DNA of 64,000 bases from a virus. Both the position numbers and the translations under genes were made by a program. How positions within the stretch are numbered: position 1 is the stretch's first letter; every line of letters begins with the position of its first letter. Shown here piece by piece: positions 38,500-47,100 of the stretch. A model generated the notes under the pieces. It saw only the letters and a list, made by a program, of their open reading frames with translations, made no database searches and had not been told where the DNA came from. The stretch is taken from positions 31,872 through 95,871 of the IMG/VR virus record IMGVR_UViG_3300020045_009879; one strand, given 5' to 3'.

Positions 38500-39008
38500 T
38501 AGTTAAAAAATTTAAGTTCTCCCGTTGTAAATAATAATGCCTCTGATTGTCTACGATATAATAATCCTTTCATAAACACTCCATCAGCAGTAATATAGTG
38601 ACTTGTCATCCATTTAGTTATTTCGGATGCAGAGACCTTTTGGTTTACTAGTTGTACCATGGTGGCAGAATACCCAATATTAAAGAAATAACTTACCAGT
38701 GCATCAAATTCATATTGTGTTATTGGAATATTAATCCTTAGTTTTACCTTGGCCTCTTGTTTTAAGAGGTCGTCTGCCAACAGTTTATCTGCATCCTCAA
38801 CTGTCATATTGGGATACGTTGCATAAGCTATATCTTTATTCGTAGCACCTTTTAAAAAACTTCCATTTACCGTAATTGCATGCCCCCAACCGGCGGTCCA
38901 TACTCTACTAGGATCCATCTTAGGTTGAAGTCCTATCATGGACAAATCATTGTCATTGATGTTTTCGTAATGCGTAATTAAACTAATTCCCTGGTTGGAT
39001 GTTGTCAT
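38499..39008 (-). CDS. Endolysin, GH24 (phage lysozyme) family
   Basis: LITHYE...D..RVWTAGWGH...EFDALVSYFFNIG...GLLYRRQSEALLF. Confidence 0.92.
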   Translation of the reverse strand: MTTSNQGISLITHYENINDNDLSMIGLQPKMDPSRVWTAGWGHAITVNGSFLKGATNKDIAYATYPNMTVEDADKLLADDLLKQEAKVKLRINIPITQYEFDALVSYFFNIGYSATMVQLVNQKVSASEITKWMTSHYITADGVFMKGLLYRRQSEALLFTTGELKFFN

Positions 39009-39267
39009 CTTTAGGAGTTGTTGTTGTTGTTTTGTCTGTTGTGGTAGTGGTTGAATGACTGCTTGTCTCGGAGAACTTATAATTTAAAATCTTCTCAATA
39101 ACCTCTTTGGCCGATGAGTCCTTAAACCAAATCATGAAGAATGCCGTTACGCATAATATCATAAAATCCGTAGAACCAAATCGTTCTAAACTATAAAGCA
39201 GGAATGCCGCATATGGTATAAGCAGCAATCCTAACAATGTGGTTACGGAATTAACAAATTTTGGCAT
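38983..39267 (-). CDS. Putative holin (2 TM)
   Basis: Two hydrophobic segments and a hydrophilic tail; overlaps the endolysin start. Confidence 0.6.
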   Translation of the reverse strand: MPKFVNSVTTLLGLLLIPYAAFLLYSLERFGSTDFMILCVTAFFMIWFKDSSAKEVIEKILNYKFSETSSHSTTTTTDKTTTTTPKDDNIQPGN

Positions 39268-39270
39268 TGA

Positions 39271-39669
39271 TTATTTGGCTGGTATTCTCTCATTAATAAT
39301 TGTTGAAAGTTCTGTAAGTTTTGTGCCAAGTTGAACGTTCATCGTATTTACAAGCAACGACAAGTCTGTAACCCTAACGTCTATACTATGTATGTGGTTT
39401 TGTGCCAAGGCCCTAGATTCATTCATCATTTCACTCATTTCCTTAAATCGTCTTTCATTGGATTCCTTTGTCCAATGAAGCTCCTGGGCTAATAACGCAG
39501 CCTTGCCGTCTATCTCTTTTTCCGAGATAGCCTGTCGTTTTTCAATATCGACCTGTGGTCTTTTAAACCAATTTATACCAGTAAAAATTGCTGTAAGGAT
39601 CGCCACTATAATTGCAATATCTGATAGTAATGACGAGGAAAATAGGTAGGGTGTTACTTGTGTCTGCAT
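39271..39669 (-). CDS. Membrane-anchored coiled-coil protein (holin/antiholin-like)
   Basis: One N-terminal TM (IAIIVAILTAIFTGINW) plus coiled coil, within the lysis cassette. Confidence 0.5.
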   Translation of the reverse strand: MQTQVTPYLFSSSLLSDIAIIVAILTAIFTGINWFKRPQVDIEKRQAISEKEIDGKAALLAQELHWTKESNERRFKEMSEMMNESRALAQNHIHSIDVRVTDLSLLVNTMNVQLGTKLTELSTIINERIPAK

Positions 39670-39696
39670 GTGTTATTAGTCATATGTGTGTGATAT

Positions 39697-40110
39697 TTAC
39701 TCTTTAATTTCTTCTTTATTGCCAAATAAAAAGTCCAAGATATTAGAGGTATCGTAAGTAAGTTCAATATTACCCAACGATTCCATGTTTACCCCAGAGT
39801 TAAACACGTCAAACTCAATAGTATTTTGTAAAAATTTATTTATCTCCACATTATACTCCTTAGTAAGATCTTCTTTTTCTTTTTCTTCTTTCTTGGATAG
39901 TTTTTCTATTTCTCCTAACTCTTTCAACCTAGTGGGCATAAATTCTTGGATCTCTTTTCTAAAATCTGCGCAGAAATCTGCAGCTTTTTGGAGATTACGT
40001 TTTACAGACACATTAAGAGACAGACTCTTAACCTTACTCTCCCTGAGTTCTGTAATAACGTTTTGTAATTGATTCTCTAAAATGAAACATTCAGTGTTTG
40101 TGATTTTCAT
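39697..40110 (-). CDS. Hypothetical helical protein, possibly a fibre-assembly chaperone
   Basis: 137 aa, charged helical; follows fibre genes; has its own promoter. Confidence 0.5.
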   Translation of the reverse strand: MKITNTECFILENQLQNVITELRESKVKSLSLNVSVKRNLQKAADFCADFRKEIQEFMPTRLKELGEIEKLSKKEEKEKEDLTKEYNVEINKFLQNTIEFDVFNSGVNMESLGNIELTYDTSNILDFLFGNKEEIKE

Positions 40111-40138
40111 ATTTTAATATTGAAAGTTAATAATTTTG

Positions 40139-40169
40139 CAAATATACAACAAAAAAATGCAAAATGCAA
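40139..40169 (-). promoter_or_regulatory. Bacteroidota primary-sigma promoter for the chaperone/lysis genes
   Basis: Minus strand TTG-N20-TATATTTG(CAAAA). Confidence 0.75.
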
Positions 40170-40170
40170 G

Positions 40171-42993
40171 TTAACTACGTAGAGTGGTTTGTAGGTAGAA
40201 TTTAAACGTGCTCCCAGTTAGTGGGGCAACAATGGTTTCTCCTGCTGTTGCTACCATATAGAGGTTTTTGGTAGTAGTAGTTGTATAACTGACACCTGGT
40301 TTAACGGATCCAATAACTCTTGCGGAACCAGACGGCAATGCGTTAAATGTAATCTCAAACCCTCCATTGGCAGTCCTAATATCTGCATTTGCAATAGTGT
40401 CCGCAAAGACAACATTATCTCCCACCATACCTGCGGGCGCCTCAGTAAATAGCCAGCATATGATTTTCTTACTGGCAAACTGTACGCAAGATGTTTCTAT
40501 CCATACATTTTCAAGAAATCCACTGCCACCAACAGTCTCTGCCATATCAGTGAGAGTGATTGGGATTATAGTGGAGTTCGCTAAAGTATGTGCGACACTA
40601 CCAGTAATATTTGCAGTAGTAATAGTAAAGACTGGTGCGGTAAATGGAGTGCCGGCTGTTTGTGCCTCAAAGACCAATGTATTGGTGGAATTGGTTAATA
40701 CTATTCCCTGGGCCAGATAGTCTGCTGCATTGGCACTTTGAAATGTAGAGGCAGTGGTGTCGTTGTCTGTAACATATGTAATTGTTTTACTTAATCCACC
40801 AGCGCCAGTAATTGTAGCTGCGCCAATAGCAACATTAACTTGATCAACATTAATTGTTCCATCAAGATCCCCTGTAAGATTATCTATTGCAACAGCAGTA
40901 AATCCGGTACCTGCGACATTGGCTTCAAACACAAGGGTGTGTCCAGAATTTGTCAATACAATTCCATCAGTTGATAACCATGTTGCAGCATGTGCATTTT
41001 TAAACGCAAGTGTTGTTGCATCCTCATCGGTGGTAAACGTCATTGTATATGACAGTGTTCCCGCAGAAACTGTTGCGGTGCCAACACCGGTAGTAGTCAC
41101 ATTAACCTGATTAACTGTAGTAGATGTTGCTGCAAGATCTCCAGAAACATTGGTAACGGTTGGGGTATTAAAATCCACTCCGGCCACATTTGCTTCGAAA
41201 ATAAGAGATCCAGTATTTGAGGTTAATACTACGCCATCCACCAGGTATGCTGCACTATTAGTAGACACAAATCCTGCTGCCGTAGTAGTTAGATCCGTAT
41301 TAAATGTTATTAGATGTGATAAGTTTGGGGTTAATGCAACTGTAGCCGTTCCAATTGGGACGTTTGCATTAGTGTGATTCGGAGTTCCTGTGATAGTTCC
41401 AGTTAATGCGGCGCCAAATGCTGGCGCATCAAATGCTGTTCCGGCTACGCGTGCGGTAAAGACAATATTATCACCATCTGCCATTAAATCAATGCCCTGA
41501 GCAAGATAGTCAGATATATTACCAGCTGAAGCAAAGGCAGTCGCCGCAGCAGCAGCAGTGGTATGAAAAGTAACCAACTTAGTCAGTCCACCGGTTACGG
41601 TAATATTTGCAGTGCCATCTGCTGTGTTGGCAGTTGTCGGAACAACACCACCATTAACCGTTCCCGTTAATTCCGCATCTAATACCGGGGCAGTAAATGC
41701 AACACCTGCAACACTGGCCTCGAATATAATATCATCGCCACTCCCGGTAAGCGCGATGCCAACAGCAAGATAGTCGGCAATATTCCCCATAGAGACAAAT
41801 GCGGCGACAGCAGCAGCTGCAGTAGTCGAATATGTTAATAGTTTTGTCAGTCCACCGGCATTAATAACATTAGCAGTTCCATTAGCAACATTAGCAACGC
41901 TATTTGCCATTGAACCAGCCAGGTTGCCAGTAAGGGTGGTGACATCGGTGACTGGCAGTGCGGTGCCGGCGGTATTGGCCGTAAATATTACAGAGGCAGT
42001 TCCGGCAGTTATTGTTATACCAAAAGTAGTATTGTAATAATTTGCATGGGCAGTGACGAAGTCAGATGCGGTAGTATCTAAATCTGTATTAAATGTAATT
42101 AATTTATTTGTGCCACCGACGATTGTCATGTTTGCAGTACCAGCAACAACATTTGCAGTACTGGCGGTTGTTCCACCAAGATCAGTATCGCCGGCAGTAA
42201 TTGTTGGTGCTGTGAATGGAGTTCCTGGAGTAGCGGCAGTAAATATAATATGTGTTGTTGAACTAGACAGTGTAATCCCAGCGGTTGCATATTCTGCAAT
42301 ATTAGTAGGATTAGCAAATGCGGCAGCAGTACCAGCTAAGTCCGTTGTCCAGGTAACGAGATTGGTAAATCCACCAGTACCAGAAATTGTTAGTGTTCCA
42401 GACGATCCAGTAAGGGTAATATCCTCTACCTGCGCCACCGGGAGGGTTCCGGTTAGCGTAACAATATCGACCTGCGCAACTGCAGCAGTACCAGTTATTG
42501 TCATTGTCTCCTTCTGTTTTACAGCAGCGGTACCACCAAGTAATATTTTCTCTATCTGAGCTTCTTGTATCGTACCCTCAAGAGCAATAGTAACTTTTTT
42601 CTTTCTAGCCTCGGTGCCAGTAATGGTTAGAGTCTCTTTTTGTTTTTGTCTAAGAGTTCCACCGAGAGTAATTGTTTCTTTTTGTTTTACGTTAACCGTA
42701 TAGGTGGAGATAACATCATTGGCCGCATAATCATTTGCATCAGCAGGCCTCGTCACTGCGGCAGAGACCCTTTGCGGAACACTGGATGGGGATACAAAAG
42801 CTCCCGTAGAGTCTATTAATTGCACCTTAGTATATCCCGTGGTTCCACCGTCAGTTCCCAATAGGGTATCATTTATTTCTGATAGTCCAGCAGTCGTAGC
42901 CAATCCCGCAGAAGTCGTTGTAAATTCTGTGGTTAATTCTGCTAATGTTTGCTCTGTGGCCAATCCTTTCCAGGACTCTTTTGCTAATGTCAT
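40171..42993 (-). CDS. Putative virion appendage/fibre protein with seven nested repeat domains
   Basis: 940 aa, Thr/Ala/Gly-rich; 7 short strand repeats followed by 7 repeats of about 88 aa. Confidence 0.7.
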   Translation of the reverse strand: MTLAKESWKGLATEQTLAELTTEFTTTSAGLATTAGLSEINDTLLGTDGGTTGYTKVQLIDSTGAFVSPSSVPQRVSAAVTRPADANDYAANDVISTYTVNVKQKETITLGGTLRQKQKETLTITGTEARKKKVTIALEGTIQEAQIEKILLGGTAAVKQKETMTITGTAAVAQVDIVTLTGTLPVAQVEDITLTGSSGTLTISGTGGFTNLVTWTTDLAGTAAAFANPTNIAEYATAGITLSSSTTHIIFTAATPGTPFTAPTITAGDTDLGGTTASTANVVAGTANMTIVGGTNKLITFNTDLDTTASDFVTAHANYYNTTFGITITAGTASVIFTANTAGTALPVTDVTTLTGNLAGSMANSVANVANGTANVINAGGLTKLLTYSTTAAAAVAAFVSMGNIADYLAVGIALTGSGDDIIFEASVAGVAFTAPVLDAELTGTVNGGVVPTTANTADGTANITVTGGLTKLVTFHTTAAAAATAFASAGNISDYLAQGIDLMADGDNIVFTARVAGTAFDAPAFGAALTGTITGTPNHTNANVPIGTATVALTPNLSHLITFNTDLTTTAAGFVSTNSAAYLVDGVVLTSNTGSLIFEANVAGVDFNTPTVTNVSGDLAATSTTVNQVNVTTTGVGTATVSAGTLSYTMTFTTDEDATTLAFKNAHAATWLSTDGIVLTNSGHTLVFEANVAGTGFTAVAIDNLTGDLDGTINVDQVNVAIGAATITGAGGLSKTITYVTDNDTTASTFQSANAADYLAQGIVLTNSTNTLVFEAQTAGTPFTAPVFTITTANITGSVAHTLANSTIIPITLTDMAETVGGSGFLENVWIETSCVQFASKKIICWLFTEAPAGMVGDNVVFADTIANADIRTANGGFEITFNALPSGSARVIGSVKPGVSYTTTTTKNLYMVATAGETIVAPLTGSTFKFYLQTTLRS

Positions 42994-43033
42994 GGCAATA
43001 TTTTATAAGGTAGATAATTACAAATAAATTTTA

Positions 43034-43064
43034 CAAATATAAAGAGAAAATATGATAATTCAAA
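43034..43064 (-). promoter_or_regulatory. Bacteroidota primary-sigma promoter for the 940-aa gene
   Basis: Minus strand TTTG-N19-TATATTTG. Confidence 0.75.
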
Positions 43065-43109
43065 CTACGTGATAGACTGCGACTTATATAGCTAATTTCT
43101 TACGATTAA

Positions 43110-44198
43110 TTATTCATAAGTTGGATTATTATTGTACCAACACCATGCACCAGTTACAAGTGCATTCCAGTCTGAATAATTTGTTACTTGAGGAATGCTT
43201 ACACCGGTTAGGTATTTAGTTTCCTTGAGATTTTCCGCCATCCACACTTGTGTCCCGATTTTTACTGTTGCGTAAGTCTTACCATCATTGCCAGTATATC
43301 CAGCCAAAGTAGAGTTATCTTTAATCAATCTAACAGAAACACCCCTATTTAAGGGCACATTTATACCAGTATAAGCCGCGGCTGTATTATGGGCAATATA
43401 CATTACCACATCATACTCCCAAGCCCAAACCTCATGCCACTCTTGAATAAACCCCTCGATTGCAGCGTCACGGATACCAGCCCCTACAGAAGTAAACCCC
43501 GACCAGTTATCGGCTCCCGTGTTGGGTGTTTTCCAGTGTGTTGTTCCTGATTCTTTTAAGTATCCTCCGGCCACTGTTTGACCCCCAATTTGATAGATAA
43601 GGTAATCTAATTCGGCACGAGTAGGTACATGCCATCCAGCAGCTGCCAGTCCATTACCGTCACGAACAGCAAATTTATTATATAATTTACCATAACCGGC
43701 ATTTGCAACAGATGTTGCAACAAATGATTCATTCTGTCCATAGGAAGTGCCAGCGCTATTAGTTGCATAAGCCCTTACATAATATCTAGTTAAATTGGTT
43801 AAACCAACGATTGAACTAGTAAATGACCCAGTAGCACCAGGGTCTATTGTTTTACTATTTGCAGTGGTTGGATTTGCAGATGTTGCCCAGCAGACACCTC
43901 TTGCAGTTATTGTGCCACCACCGTCGGAGGTTACATTTCCACCACTAGACGCTGTCGTAGCAGTGATCCCAGTTACCATTGTAGTTATTACTGTTGGAAG
44001 TGTTGCTAAACTTGGTCCATAATTTCTAAACCTACCCATTGTCATGGTTGGAACATAATATGTAGGATCAAAATACCCAGATATAGAATTAGTATAACAT
44101 AACGATAAGGATTTAGATGCAGTGGAAGTGTGATCATTTACTGCAGACCAGATATCTGTCATTGTAATAGGAAAACTTACTGGAACTCTAATTGCCAT
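43110..44198 (-). CDS. Putative fibre-tip adhesin: short N-domain, FN3-like domain, permuted FISUMP (Fib_succ_major) domain
   Basis: TARGVCW...YYVRAYATNSAGTSYG (FN3-like); YGKLYN, GWHVPT, SVRLIKD, TVKIGTQVWMAENL motifs; ATG at 44198 preferred over TTG 44204. Confidence 0.8.
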   Translation of the reverse strand: MAIRVPVSFPITMTDIWSAVNDHTSTASKSLSLCYTNSISGYFDPTYYVPTMTMGRFRNYGPSLATLPTVITTMVTGITATTASSGGNVTSDGGGTITARGVCWATSANPTTANSKTIDPGATGSFTSSIVGLTNLTRYYVRAYATNSAGTSYGQNESFVATSVANAGYGKLYNKFAVRDGNGLAAAGWHVPTRAELDYLIYQIGGQTVAGGYLKESGTTHWKTPNTGADNWSGFTSVGAGIRDAAIEGFIQEWHEVWAWEYDVVMYIAHNTAAAYTGINVPLNRGVSVRLIKDNSTLAGYTGNDGKTYATVKIGTQVWMAENLKETKYLTGVSIPQVTNYSDWNALVTGAWCWYNNNPTYE

Positions 44199-47100
44199 AA
44201 ACAAGTAGTTTTAATTTTCTAACTTCATCCTTAAGATATGCTACCTCCTTGATTAATAGATCGGTGTAACTCACCTGATATCCATCATCATAATTTCCCC
44301 TAACCAACTCTGGATTATCTTTAAGTAATTCCTGTGCTATAATACCATACTTAAGTTGATCTGGGCGCGTAACTGGATTATACTGTACATATTCAGCACT
44401 AATAGGTTTTAATTCTATAGGTGTAATATTAATTTTTTGGCGTCTATCAGATGTCGCTGTAACCTCATGAGCAGATAAATCCCAAGATCCCAGAGTTACA
44501 CTCCCAGTAGCACCAGTATAGGGAACATAAGTGGTATGTGTATGGTCACTTAGCGAATATCTTCCGTCTAAACTCACTGTTACGTTAGACATCCCAATAC
44601 CGCTCATCGTAAGCACTCCGGTTCCAGTCGCAAATGACATTCCTGTTGGATAATAATTGGTATCCGTGAAGGATTGCGCCGTCCATACTCCATTGCCAAC
44701 ACTATCACTAACCAATACTTTACCCGAAGCAGCACCAGAAACAATCTTGATTGTGTTAGACTGTACTAGTCCAGATGCGACTAAATTGGGTGTATATTGT
44801 GTAGAAGCACTATAATAAAACGAGTTGTCTGTATTTAACTGTGTAGCAGAAAAAAATGGTATTTGTCCACCACTAACAGATCCTGATACATTTAAACTAA
44901 GAGTTGTTGTTCCAGTTAAAAAACTTCCTGGATAATATAGGGTGTCTGTATCATCTCTCCATGAGGGATTGCCAGAGACATCAGTTTTCCATACCTTATT
45001 TGCAACTGCGCCGGGTGCGGCAACATAACCTGCCACATTTAACGAATTTGCTACCCATATCGTAGTCTCAGTTCCAGTGGTATATCCAGTTGTATGACCA
45101 TACGTGTCAAAAGTTAATCCAGTTACGTAGGTACGCCCACTGGCTGTTAAATTAGTTGCAGTAGAAGTATCTTCATGATTGATAGTAAGAGTATTTGTTG
45201 ATGGTGCATAAACAGTAGTTAGTGCGTCACCGCCAACAAAAGTTACCGATCCCATTATCCCAATGTTTTCAGTGCCAGTGTCACCATTTATTGTCCAATA
45301 CTGATAGTGATCCGCCTGTGAATCCCCAGAATATCCTAGATCAGTAAGTGTTAACGATCTAGTAGTCCACCCTGTTGGGTGACCAAGTGAGTCTATCGTT
45401 AAATTAGAGATAATACTCACTCCAGAAAGATCAGATTTATCAACCCAGGTTTTTGCGGGATGTGTATAACTATATGTGTTGCTGATCTTTATTGCATCAT
45501 TTGCGGCATCAGTGTATATGGAAATGTTAGTGCCGGCAACAAGAGTTAAGGTATCATTATATAGATCTGCGACAACACTAGATGAGCCCCACGTAAAACC
45601 ACTGTCACTAGATAGTGATATTGTTTTGAATATAAGATATCTAGTATCAAGACCAAGGTCTTCTATAAGTTCTGATCCTGAGACATATTTAACAATGCCT
45701 AAAGCACTAACAAGAATTTTATCCTCGGTATACGGAGTTGCATGTAATATAGAACTTATGTGTAATTCTGTGTCTACCAACACGTAGTCACTAGATAGTC
45801 CTCCAACACCATCAGTAATGCCAATAACCTTAAACTGTCCTCCACCATCTATACTAAGACAATAACTCATCTCTAGTCCTGCAGAAGAGTACACTACCGG
45901 CATCTCAGCAAGAGTTACTTTACCGGCATCAGCAACAGTATATAAACTTTGTATTCCAACATTATTACCAAACTCGATCAGATTATCTTTGCTGACCTTA
46001 AAGACATTAGTTATGTTGCCGGCATAATCGTATGACTCAAACCATTGGTCATTAAGAAGGCGCCCTTCTTTGAGCATATATCTCCAGTCAAGATTGGCCA
46101 CTACTGTTCCAGCATCTTGCTGTGTAATAGTTAGGTCTCCAGTATCATTATCAAACGATGCAGATATCACTCTATCATTATATGCAATATCCCAATTTGC
46201 AGTATTGTCTGGAGTAATACTTAATACACCAGTAGAAGTGGTGTTTTTCACTAACCCAGTTGTTAATGCACCAAGAAACTGTGCATTTGTTAGACCGCTA
46301 TCTGTGGTACCCTGTACAATAAACTTATTTGCAAGAGGAACATTTGCAGACCCATCAACACTGTTTCCTCCAAGTAATCTTGCAGTTGTCCATTTAGCAG
46401 CAGAGCCGTCTATGGATGTTATGCCAGTAAGTGATTGTGCCGCAGAGGTTCTATTTAATGCAATCTGAGTGGTCCCAATATAGAATGAACTATTACCTAA
46501 TACTGTTGAACTGATGGTGCCCGTAATATAGGTACCACCAAGATCTATTGCAGTTGCATTTATTTCCTGACCAACAAGTTCTATGTATGTTTTACTACCA
46601 GTTTTTAAAGTAACTGGTACATGTTGGTTATATCCAACCTTTTGCAATGCAGTTAAAATGGAATCCGCCGCTGTTATTGTTCCACTTGTTGCAGTATAAC
46701 CAGTTAAAACCTTGGCAATTACAGCTGCATTAGATATTGTGGCAACTCCCGCATTGGTAATAGATATTTGACTGGTTACGGGAACACCAGTTGCAACATT
46801 GGAACTATTCCCCACAAAAATATATCCATCGGTAAGAGTATTCACTAGTGGCGACGTAGGATATAACATCGTTCTTACCTGTGCAAGAGTTAGTACTTCT
46901 ATATCTCCAGTACTCGCAGTTAGTCTCCCTAATATGCTAGCCGTATCTATACTTCTAACCTTGGGAAACGTAACTGCCCTGGCATTAATGGTAATATCTG
47001 CATCACCTACAGATGTCGCATCTCCAGTTCCAGACCTACCATGATGTGGATGCACGTACGCATTGGCACCATCAGCGACATTGAGAAGAGTTTGTACCTG

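Noticed and set aside
38999-39060. (gtt)n-like microsatellite
   Set aside because: It only encodes the Thr-rich tail of the holin-like protein; the repeat is imperfect and in frame
43310-43480. Diversity-generating retroelement variable region in the FISUMP domain
   Set aside because: The segment looks divergent, but I see no template repeat or reverse transcriptase in the window; a DGR elsewhere in the genome cannot be excluded
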